Below, in pieces: positions 1 to 7,731 of a stretch of DNA of 49,049 nucleotides. Numbering within the stretch: position 1 is the stretch's first letter; every line of letters begins with the position of its first letter. The DNA is from Dehalococcoidales bacterium (GTDB lineage: Bacteria > Chloroflexota > Dehalococcoidia > Dehalococcoidales > DAOWJC01), in assembly GCA_034411815.1 (NCBI GenBank), contig DAOUMH010000006.1, forward strand, positions 1 to 49,049, read 5' to 3'. The translations under genes were made by a program, and so were the position numbers. The notes beneath the pieces were generated by a model, which ran no database searches, was not told the origin of the DNA, and saw only the letters and a program-made list of their open reading frames with translations.

Positions 1-530
1 GCAGGAAGGAGGTGCAAATACAGACGATTTACCGTCGCAGAGACTATAACCAAGGTCTCAGAGAGCTTGTTAATGCCGCCTGATCATGCCAATGTGTACG
101 GTTTAAAAAGTGTCCCATTGTGCTGATTGCCAACACACCAAAAGGGAAAAGGTTAAAAATATTTCATACCCCAAATATATTAGTTGCGAGAAACGGTTAT
201 GCGGGGACAATGACCTATGTAGCATCAGGGGAATATACTACCAATGACCATGCCTATGTACTCACAGTTAGGAAGGAATGGAAAGATAAGATAAACCTCG
301 AATGGTTCAAGTATGAATATCAAGAATTATTTTTCCGTATTGTAACTTCGAAAAGCGATAATGCCACTTTCAACAAAGAATATGCTGAAAAGCAAATAAT
401 ACGCATCCCACATATTGACTATCAGAATTCAATGGTAGCGAAGTTAAATGAAGTGAATACATTACTTGCCGAAGTATCTTCGACAAGTAAGCGTGTGGAG
501 CAATTGATAGAATGCGCTTTTGCTGTGTAA
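1..530 (+). pseudogene. Type I restriction-modification specificity subunit (HsdS)-like target-recognition domain, 3' part; reading frame apparently broken near 110-126
   Basis: ORF 120-530 (GTG start) has HsdS TRD-like sequence and the conserved C-terminal helix (RIPHIDYQNSMVAKLNEVNTLL). A frame-1 ORF enters from the left edge (..RRFTVAETITKVSESLLMPPDHANVYGLKSVPLC*) and stops at 124-126. It reads like the upstream continuation of the same domain, so a frame change is needed. Family call is from motif memory only. Confidence 0.45.
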
Positions 531-533
531 GAT

Positions 534-581
534 TTTTGATACAACTCACCGACTTTTGATACAGAAGGCACTTTTGATACA
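534..581 (+). repeat. Three direct copies of TTTTGATACA (534-543, 554-563, 572-581; spacing 20 and 18 bp) just upstream of the nrd promoter -35
   Basis: Read directly from the sequence. Copies 2 and 3 share an 11-mer, CTTTTGATACA. Confidence 0.9.
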
Positions 582-588
582 AAGCTTA

Positions 589-617
589 TTGACAACACTA
601 CATATGGTTTATATAAT
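589..617 (+). promoter_or_regulatory. Sigma70-type promoter, perfect consensus TTGACA-17 nt-TATAAT
   Basis: TTGACA at 589-594, a 17-nt spacer, and TATAAT at 612-617, placed directly upstream of the riboswitch leader of nrdDG. Confidence 0.7.
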
Positions 618-624
618 ACCGTAC

Positions 625-865
625 AGTTCTTTAAAATATTGAAAGATGCTTCGGGGTGCAGATAGCTGCATAACAGGGAAGGCGGTGTGATTCCGTCGCT
701 GTCCCCGCAACCGTAACCAGGAACGAAAGTGGTATTTTAGCCACTGGGCTAATTAATATCCGGGAAGGCACCATGAGTAGGCTGAACTGGAAGCCGGGAG
801 ACCTACCTCGAAGCCAACAATATGACAGACTCCTCGGGGGTTGGGAGTGGTTATAGAACAAGCCA
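625..865 (+). promoter_or_regulatory. Cobalamin (B12) riboswitch in the nrdDG leader
   Basis: The conserved core reads cagGGAAggcGGTGtgATTCCgtcGCTGtCCCCGCAACCGTAAcc (about 683-718). The B12-box-like element is gAAGCCGGGAGACCTACC (about 790-808). The ORF-track ORFs 631-879(-) and 841-930(+) overlap this element and are not coding. Confidence 0.8.
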
Positions 866-867
866 TC

Positions 868-909
868 TATAGCCCGCACCTCAACTCGAGGCGGGCTATT
901 TATTTTTTA
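868..909 (+). terminator. Rho-independent terminator, the expression platform of the B12 riboswitch
   Basis: The stem pairs tAGCCCGC (870-877) with GCGGGCTa (891-898) and is followed by TTTATTTTTT, which ends about 20 nt before the nrdD ATG. Confidence 0.75.
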
Positions 910-930
910 AAGAGAGGGGGGACGAGCAGA

Positions 931-3186
931 ATGACAAAGCAGATAGCAGAGAAGGAGCACAGTATGTTGCTGAATAAGATAGGACAAATCAGGAAGCGCG
1001 ATGGCCGCATTGCCACCTTTGATACTGAAAAAATCACCCAGGCGGTGTTCAAGGCCTGCCAGGCCGTGGGAGATAACGACTACGATAAAGCCGTTAAGGT
1101 CTCACAACAGGTCATAGACATCATGGAGATTACCTGCCGGGGTTTGAGGGTGCCGGATGTCGAGGAGGTGCAGGACCTCGTGGAAAAGTTACTCATTGAA
1201 AAGGAATACTCCGAGATTGCCAAGGCATACATCCTCTACCGGGAACAGCACGCCCAGTTACGGAGGATGCATGACCTTTTCAGCGGCGCCGTCGAGATGG
1301 TAGATAAATACCTGGGTGAGAATGACTGGCGCACCAAGGAGAACAGCAATATGAGCTACTCGCTCCAGGGGCTGAACAACTACGTCTCATCGGATATCAT
1401 AGCCCACTACTGGCTCAATCACATCTACTCCTCCGAAGCAAGGCAAGCTCACACTACGGGGGATTTCCACATTCATGACCTCGGCATCCTCGGCGCCTAC
1501 TGCTGCGGGTGGGACCTGAGGGACCTGTTGCTACAGGGATTCCGGGGGGCAGCCGGAAAAACCGAGAGCTCGCCCGCCCGCCATTTCCGCAGTGCCCTGG
1601 GGCAGGTTGTCAACTTCTTTTACACCCTGCAGGGAGAATCTGCTGGAGCTCAGGCGTTCTCCAACTTCGATACCCTACTGGCACCCTTCATCCGCTATGA
1701 CGGTCTGACATACAAAGAGACCAAGCAGGCACTGCAGGAGTTTATCTTTAACCTGAACGTGCCGACCAGAGTCGGCTTCCAGACACCATTTACCAACCTC
1801 TCCTTTGACCTGACCCCACCCTCCTATCTGCGCGATGAAGCGGTCTGCATCGGCGAGGAAATTAAAGGGGAGACCTATGGCGACTTTCAGGAGGAGATGG
1901 ACACCCTCACCCGCGCCTTTGCCGAGATAATGGGAGAGGGAGATGCCAAGAGCAGGGTCTTCACCTTCCCTATCCCCACCTACAACATCACCCCGGACTT
2001 TGACCCGAATAACCCCAAGTTGGATACCCTGTGGGAAATGACAGCCAAATACGGTATCCCCTACTTCGCCAACTTTTTGAATACCGATATGCGCCCGGAG
2101 GACGCCCGCAGTATGTGCTGCCGCCTCCGGCTGGACGTGCGGGAGATAAAGCGACGCGGCGGCGGGCTCTTCGGCTCCAACCCGCTTACCGGCAGCGTGG
2201 GGGTGGTAACCATCAATATGCCACGCATCGCCTTCCTGTCCGAGAGCGAGGAGGACTTCTTCAGCCGTCTGGATACACTGATGAACCTAGCAAAGGACAA
2301 CCTGGAGGTCAAGCGCAAGGCTCTGGAAAAACTCACCGAAGAAGGTCTCTTCCCCTACTCGCTCTTCTATCTCAAAGCCATCAAGTCACGCTTCAAGAGC
2401 TACTGGGCTAACCATTTCTCAACAATCGGACTCATCGGTATGAACGAGGCATGCCTGAATTTCCTGGGCACCGGCATCAATACGGAAGAAGGCCAATCCT
2501 TCTCGCTCCGTGCCCTCCAGCATATGAAGGGCAGGCTTGATGATTTCCAGGACGAGACCGGTAACCTCTATAACCTAGAGGCAACCCCCGGCGAGGGCAC
2601 CAGCTACCGCCTCGCCCTGCTGGATAAGGAACATCACCACGGGATAATAACGGCCGGCGACAAAGAGCCCTACTATACCAATTCCACGCAACTGCCAGTC
2701 AATGCAGAGCTCGACCTATTCGAGGCACTGTCTTCACAGGACAAATTGCAACAGCAGTATACCGGCGGCACCGTGTTTCACTGCTTTCTCGGCGAGAGCA
2801 TCGATGAACCGACCATGGCGCGCGACCTGATAATGAAGGTAGCCAAGAGCTTCGGACTCCCCTATTTTACGCTGACACCAACCTTCTCCATCTGTCCGGA
2901 GCACGGCTATATACGGGGGCAGACGAGTCAATGTCCAACATGCGGTGCGGAGACGGAGATTTACTCACGTATTGTCGGCTACTTCCGCCCCATCAACCAG
3001 TGGAACAAGGGTAAGCACGAAGAGTTCGGGGAAAGAAAACCCTTTGCACCGGAACTACGAGAAAAGGCTTCAGGAGCAGAAAATGATAGCAGGAATCAAG
3101 GGAACGTCACTGATAGATTACCAGGGAAAGGTAGCGGCAGTGCTCTACACGAGCCGATGCAACTTCCGATGTCCATTCTGTCATAA
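931..3186 (+). CDS. nrdD: Anaerobic (class III) ribonucleoside-triphosphate reductase
   Basis: ATG at 931 follows AGAGAGGGGGG. There is an N-terminal ATP-cone (RKRDGRIATFDTEKI), a C-terminal Zn-ribbon (CPEHG..CPTCG) and the glycyl-radical motif RIVGYFRP. The last ~35 codons overlap nrdG. Confidence 0.93.
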   Translation: MTKQIAEKEHSMLLNKIGQIRKRDGRIATFDTEKITQAVFKACQAVGDNDYDKAVKVSQQVIDIMEITCRGLRVPDVEEVQDLVEKLLIEKEYSEIAKAYILYREQHAQLRRMHDLFSGAVEMVDKYLGENDWRTKENSNMSYSLQGLNNYVSSDIIAHYWLNHIYSSEARQAHTTGDFHIHDLGILGAYCCGWDLRDLLLQGFRGAAGKTESSPARHFRSALGQVVNFFYTLQGESAGAQAFSNFDTLLAPFIRYDGLTYKETKQALQEFIFNLNVPTRVGFQTPFTNLSFDLTPPSYLRDEAVCIGEEIKGETYGDFQEEMDTLTRAFAEIMGEGDAKSRVFTFPIPTYNITPDFDPNNPKLDTLWEMTAKYGIPYFANFLNTDMRPEDARSMCCRLRLDVREIKRRGGGLFGSNPLTGSVGVVTINMPRIAFLSESEEDFFSRLDTLMNLAKDNLEVKRKALEKLTEEGLFPYSLFYLKAIKSRFKSYWANHFSTIGLIGMNEACLNFLGTGINTEEGQSFSLRALQHMKGRLDDFQDETGNLYNLEATPGEGTSYRLALLDKEHHHGIITAGDKEPYYTNSTQLPVNAELDLFEALSSQDKLQQQYTGGTVFHCFLGESIDEPTMARDLIMKVAKSFGLPYFTLTPTFSICPEHGYIRGQTSQCPTCGAETEIYSRIVGYFRPINQWNKGKHEEFGERKPFAPELREKASGAENDSRNQGNVTDRLPGKGSGSALHEPMQLPMSILS

Positions 3187-3844
3187 CCGTCAACTGGTGC
3201 TGGGAGAAACCATAGAAGCGGTATCTGAAGAAAAAGTACTTGAGATGCTGGCTTCCCGGCGTGATTTTATAGACGGGGTGGTTATCACCGGCGGCGAGCC
3301 GACGATTAGCCCCAAACTCCATGAACTGATAGCCACTATCAAGGAGTTGAAGCTTGCCGTGAAGCTGGACACCAATGGCTATAATCCGGAGGTACTTGAG
3401 ATGCTTCTTGCCACCGCAGAGGTTGATTTCGTGGCGATGGATATCAAAACTACCTGGCCAAAATATGACCAGGCGACCGGCATCGCTGTAGATACCAACC
3501 GGCTCAGGAAAAGCATGGCCCTAATCAAAGCATCCGGCGTTGATTACGAATTTCGCACCACCTGCGTGCCCCCACTGGTAGGCAGTGAAGACATCGAAGA
3601 AATAAGTAAGATGGTCGGAGCATCAGGGCAATTTACACTACAGCAGTTCCAACCGGAAAATACTCTTGACCCGAACTATGAAAGAGTTACCCCCTATCCG
3701 CTTGCAACCCTCGTGGATTTTCTGGAAATTGCCCGCCGAAACACGGCCTCCTGCCGGTTGACAGGTCTCCAGGAAGTGAATAACCCGACAACCAGTGACC
3801 ATACTACCCGATCTTTCCAACCATGGGGCTCAGCCCCAAAATAA
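3083..3844 (+). CDS. nrdG: Anaerobic RNR activating radical-SAM enzyme
   Basis: ATG at 3083 follows CAGGAGC. The protein starts MIAGIKGTSLIDYQGKVAAVLYTSRCNFRCPFCHN (CxxxCxxC). The ORF-track start at 2945 lies inside nrdD and is unlikely. Confidence 0.9.
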   Translation: MIAGIKGTSLIDYQGKVAAVLYTSRCNFRCPFCHNRQLVLGETIEAVSEEKVLEMLASRRDFIDGVVITGGEPTISPKLHELIATIKELKLAVKLDTNGYNPEVLEMLLATAEVDFVAMDIKTTWPKYDQATGIAVDTNRLRKSMALIKASGVDYEFRTTCVPPLVGSEDIEEISKMVGASGQFTLQQFQPENTLDPNYERVTPYPLATLVDFLEIARRNTASCRLTGLQEVNNPTTSDHTTRSFQPWGSAPK

Positions 3845-3918
3845 GTGCGATTGGTTGCCTGCATATTTTCCAAGCCTTAATAGTATAATAAATCAGAGGT
3901 TAAACGGCTTTAATCCAG

Positions 3919-5157
3919 ATGATTTCTATAATTATCCTGCTGATTGTATTTGTACTAATTGCTATTCGCCAGGTTGGCAATATCAAGCTCCAGATATGGC
4001 AGATAGTGCTGCTCGGTGCTCTGGGTGTTCTCTTATCAGGGCAGATATCCCCAAGTGCAGCCTTGAAATCAATAAATGTCGATGTAATGCTCTTCCTGTT
4101 AGGTGTTTTTATTATCGGGCAGGCTCTCGAAGATAGCGGTTATCTCTCACACCTTTCGTACAGGCTCTTCCGCAGGGCGAAGTCTGTTGACAGCCTTGTT
4201 CTTTTTATCCTGCTTGGAATGGGTATGCTATCGGCGCTTCTCATGAATGACACGCTAGCTATTATTGGCACCCCCGTCGTCTTGTCGCTGGCAAGGAAGG
4301 CCAACACCCAACCAAAAATACTAATGCTTTCTCTTGCTTTTGCAGTAACGATAGGCAGCGTTATGAGCCCGATAGGCAATCCTCAGAATTTGCTGATAGC
4401 CATCCACGGAAATGTAACCAACCCATTTGTCACCTTCCTGAGATACCTACTACTACCCACCCTGCTGAACCTGTTTCTGGCCTACCTACTGCTGCGACTA
4501 TTCTACAAGAAACAGTTTCACAACAAGCCACTAACTCACTCCCAAGAGGCTATCACAGATCCTAAACTGGCAATCCTTTCTAAGACCTCTCTAATTCTGC
4601 TAGCCACTTTAGTATTGGTAAAGATAGTAACGGTGTTTGCGAATCCAGGGATTGATTTCAAGCTGACCTATATTGCCCTCACCGCCGCACTACCCATAAT
4701 CGTCTTCATTCCTAAGAGACCTAGCATGCTTAAGAGAATTGACTGGTATACTCTGGTTTTCTTTGCCTCAATGTTCGTGCTGATGCAGAGTGTTTGGGAC
4801 TCCGGAGTTTTTGAAATGGCGATAGAGGCTGCCCGTTTAAATCTTGCCTCGACAGGAGTTATTTTTACTACGAGCGTTCTTCTTAGTCAACTCCTTTCAA
4901 ATGTGCCACTCGTAGCCCTTTATTTACCCATCCTAGTCCAGCTAGGCGTTTCGCCAAAAGGGATGATGGCACTCGCAGCAGGTAGCACCATAGCCGGTAA
5001 TCTTACCATACTTGGTGCGGCGAGTAATGTAATAATCATACAGAATGCGGAAAAAAGAAGCGGTGCCACCCTTACCTTTTGGGAATTTGCTCGGATCGGC
5101 GTACCGTTAACAGTGGTAAATGTAATAGTCTACTGGTTGTTCCTCAGAATATTCTAA
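3919..5157 (+). CDS. ArsB/NhaD (CitMHS/SLC13-like) superfamily anion permease
   Basis: This is a 412-aa polytopic membrane protein with duplicated halves. It carries motifs such as NDTLAIIGTPVV and SPIGNPQNLLI that are typical of this permease superfamily. Confidence 0.75.
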   Translation: MISIIILLIVFVLIAIRQVGNIKLQIWQIVLLGALGVLLSGQISPSAALKSINVDVMLFLLGVFIIGQALEDSGYLSHLSYRLFRRAKSVDSLVLFILLGMGMLSALLMNDTLAIIGTPVVLSLARKANTQPKILMLSLAFAVTIGSVMSPIGNPQNLLIAIHGNVTNPFVTFLRYLLLPTLLNLFLAYLLLRLFYKKQFHNKPLTHSQEAITDPKLAILSKTSLILLATLVLVKIVTVFANPGIDFKLTYIALTAALPIIVFIPKRPSMLKRIDWYTLVFFASMFVLMQSVWDSGVFEMAIEAARLNLASTGVIFTTSVLLSQLLSNVPLVALYLPILVQLGVSPKGMMALAAGSTIAGNLTILGAASNVIIIQNAEKRSGATLTFWEFARIGVPLTVVNVIVYWLFLRIF

Positions 5158-5226
5158 TTAATTACAGAGGGAAACGATAAATAATGGTACGAAGGGCAGT
5201 AAGAAGATATGGAGCCAGTTACACAC

Positions 5227-5745
5227 TCACGCCTTAGCCTTATCCTTCATTCTACTGGCACTATGCCTATTAAAGCTCTTCTGTAAAATAAGTTTATCAT
5301 CATTCGGTGCATAAAAGTCCGGAATGCGGCAGATTAATTCGTAACCGTGATTGACGTGAAAAAGCAGTGTTTTCTCATATGCTGGTGTCGAGGACGTCTC
5401 AATAATAGCCAGCCTTCCCTTAGCCGTCCTGATCTCCTTTTCAGCCGCTTCCATCAGGGCGCTACCAATGCCCTGTTTCCGCCTTTCCCGGGCGACGGCC
5501 ATCCAGTATATGTCCCAGGTACCACTGGTGAGAGGAGTCGGCCCGTAGCTGATATAGCCATCAACACCCGCGTCATCCTCGGATACCAGTGTAAAATACC
5601 CTGAATCAACTGGGTCTTTCAGGTAGCTGTCAATAACTTCCTCGGCAATCACCACTTCAAATGGCTTGAACTCGGGCGTAGCCTGCAGGATTCGCATGAG
5701 GGCCGGTTTGTCTTTCCTCAACATGGGGCGTACCTTTGTGGTCAT
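5227..5745 (-). CDS. GNAT family N-acetyltransferase
   Basis: ATG at 5745 follows GGAGAAGGG. The acetyl-CoA motif is RRKQGIGSALME. The start lies 89 nt inside the upstream ATP-grasp ORF. Confidence 0.8.
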   Translation of the reverse strand: MTTKVRPMLRKDKPALMRILQATPEFKPFEVVIAEEVIDSYLKDPVDSGYFTLVSEDDAGVDGYISYGPTPLTSGTWDIYWMAVARERRKQGIGSALMEAAEKEIRTAKGRLAIIETSSTPAYEKTLLFHVNHGYELICRIPDFYAPNDDKLILQKSFNRHSASRMKDKAKA

Positions 5746-6742
5746 AGCATCCCTTCTCCAACGCAGTTTGCACAATCTTCTTAATAAATTCTGTGTAGGT
5801 CATGTTGGCAGCTTTAGCTTGGCGAATAGTGCCAGCATCAGGGGATATATCTGGGTTAGGATTTACCTCTATAACATTCAGTCGTCCTGCTTTGTCCATC
5901 CGCATATCCACCCTGGCATAACCCTGGCAACCTAGGTGATAGAAGATTCCCAAGGTCATACTCTCAATGCGCTTTTGATATTCAGACCCGATTTCGGCAG
6001 GACAAATTACCCTTGTACCCTCAAAATACGGGCTGTCTGGCTGCCATTTGGCAGCAAAGGTCAGAATTTGGGGCATTCCCTCAGGCAGTGAATAGCTGAT
6101 TTCGGATACAGGCAACATGGTGTACCTTGTGTTCCCCATTATAGTAACATTAAACTCACGCCCCCCTATGAACTCCTCGACCAGTGCTTGTCCGCCATAA
6201 GTGCCACTTATCTGTCCTACCTTCTCCTTCAGCGAGGTAAAATCGCTGACCACACTACCCTCTGAAAGCCCGTGACTAGCATCCTCGCTACACGGTTTGA
6301 CAATGCATGGATATGCGAGTCGGAACTGCGGCACTGTCTCCGGGTTCAATAACTGGAAATCAGGAGTGGGAACACCAGCTGCTCTTAAAATCACTTTAGT
6401 CTTAGCTTTATCCAATGCAAGTCTTAGCGCCGCACTAGTACAGCCAGTAAAAGGTATCCCCATATCCGATAAAATGTCAGGGACTATGGCTTCCGTCTCA
6501 GGGTACCCTGGGAAACCCTCGAAGAGATTAAAAACCAAGTCCGCCTTCAGCCCATTGAGTTTTTCTCTGATCTGGATTGGTGGTGATAGGGGAATCCGAA
6601 TAACGTCGTAACCCAGTTCAAGCAGGGAACAGTATATGGCAGCTACAGCTTCCATAACACCCAAAACTGCCTTTTCTTCATCGGTAGCGTCGTAGCGTGA
6701 GGGAACTGGTTCGTTGTAGACAATGACTACACGCTCACACAC
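5657..6742 (-). CDS. D-alanine--D-alanine ligase family ATP-grasp enzyme (copy 2)
   Basis: The likely GTG start at 6742 follows GGAGAGG. The ORF-track start at 6928 lies inside the upstream gene. Ddl-like layout: N-terminal Rossmann-like region, then PCIVKPCSEDASHGL, then ARVDMRMD..NVIEVNPNP. Confidence 0.8.
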   Translation of the reverse strand: MCERVVIVYNEPVPSRYDATDEEKAVLGVMEAVAAIYCSLLELGYDVIRIPLSPPIQIREKLNGLKADLVFNLFEGFPGYPETEAIVPDILSDMGIPFTGCTSAALRLALDKAKTKVILRAAGVPTPDFQLLNPETVPQFRLAYPCIVKPCSEDASHGLSEGSVVSDFTSLKEKVGQISGTYGGQALVEEFIGGREFNVTIMGNTRYTMLPVSEISYSLPEGMPQILTFAAKWQPDSPYFEGTRVICPAEIGSEYQKRIESMTLGIFYHLGCQGYARVDMRMDKAGRLNVIEVNPNPDISPDAGTIRQAKAANMTYTEFIKKIVQTALEKGCYDHKGTPHVEERQTGPHANPAGYARVQAI

Positions 6743-7731
6743 TGCGGGTACCTCTCCAATGCAGCATCCAGCACAGCAACGATAAGTTCTGTGTGAGTCC
6801 AGCCCAACTTTAAGGCCATAATCACTAAGTCGCTGTATGTTCCCAGTCCAGGCAGGGGGTTCATCTCGATGAAGTAGGGCATTCCCTCCGGGCTGACCCG
6901 GAAGTCCAAACGGGCGAAGTCCCGGCACCCTAGAACCTTATAGACTCTGAGGCTGGCATCTGCTAACATATCCAGCACATCTTGTCCAAGGTCGGCAGGG
7001 CACCGATAATCAACCAAGCTAAGGTAATCACGTTTTACTTCGAGTGAATATATAAAGCACTCCTCTTTCTTTTTAGGCACTACACGCATCATACCTACTA
7101 CTTTGGGTGGGGTGTTACCAATAACACCCACAGTTACCTCGTCACCAGCGATAAACTTCTCAATCATTACCGGCTGGCGATAGTACCCCAATATTTTACC
7201 CGCCTCTTGCCGTGCCTGTTGCACGCTGTATATTAGAGAAGAGAGCCGAATGCCCTTACTTGAGCCTTCATACGCAGGTTTTATAATAGCCGGAAAGGGG
7301 AATCCATCCCAAGATGTTCGCTCCAATTCTTCCTTGCTCGCTATTACCAGCCACTGCGGAGTGATGATACTATCTGCCGCCACCAACTTCTTAGTGGTAG
7401 CCTTATCCAGACAGACTGCCAGACAAAGAGGGTCAGAACCGGTATAGGGTATGTCTAACATCTCCAAGATAGAAGGAACCTGGGCTTCTCGGCTGCGGCA
7501 ATTGCCTCTGCCCTCAGCGATGTTGAAGACGATATCAACCTTGTTTTGCCGGACATTGTCCAGAAATTGCATACCACCACCGAGCTTGATGACCGAGTGT
7601 CCTTTTGCCTCCAGAGCCAATGCTATAATCTCCACTGTCTCCAAGGAATCGTATTCCTCAAGGGCATCCTCTGGACTATTTTGCTGCAACGGCATTCCCT
7701 CTCTAAGATCGTACGATAACCCTATCCGCAT
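6727..7731 (-). CDS. D-alanine--D-alanine ligase family ATP-grasp enzyme (copy 1)
   Basis: ATG at 7731 follows GGAAGGAG. Motifs are PAIIKPAYEGSSKGI and ARLDFRV..YFIEMNPLPGL. It is a paralog of copy 2. Confidence 0.85.
   Translation of the reverse strand: MRIGLSYDLREGMPLQQNSPEDALEEYDSLETVEIIALALEAKGHSVIKLGGGMQFLDNVRQNKVDIVFNIAEGRGNCRSREAQVPSILEMLDIPYTGSDPLCLAVCLDKATTKKLVAADSIITPQWLVIASKEELERTSWDGFPFPAIIKPAYEGSSKGIRLSSLIYSVQQARQEAGKILGYYRQPVMIEKFIAGDEVTVGVIGNTPPKVVGMMRVVPKKKEECFIYSLEVKRDYLSLVDYRCPADLGQDVLDMLADASLRVYKVLGCRDFARLDFRVSPEGMPYFIEMNPLPGLGTYSDLVIMALKLGWTHTELIVAVLDAALERYPQCVSV

Noticed and set aside
631-879. An 82-aa minus-strand ORF.
   Set aside because: It lies entirely within the cobalamin riboswitch. 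It has no RBS and no recognisable protein features.
841-930. The ORF track extends the N-terminus of NrdD (MGVVIEQAIYSPHLNSRRAIYFLKRGGTSR).
   Set aside because: This stretch is the 3' part of the B12 riboswitch plus its terminator hairpin and U-tract. A well-placed RBS and ATG occur at 931, where the ATP-cone sequence begins.
6743-6928. The ORF-track start at 6928 for the second ATP-grasp gene.
   Set aside because: The extra 62 codons lie inside the 3' end of the first ATP-grasp gene and look non-homologous (Pro/Gly/Cys-rich). A GTG at 6742 behind GGAGAGG gives an N-terminus (CERVVIVYNEP) that matches the family start.
5657-7731. Reading the two Ddl-family genes as the cell-wall D-Ala-D-Ala ligase.
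   Set aside because: There are two tandem paralogs, translationally coupled to a radical-SAM aminomutase and a GNAT, with no mur, ftsQ or alr context. A housekeeping ddl role cannot be formally excluded without residue-level alignment, but it is not the best reading.
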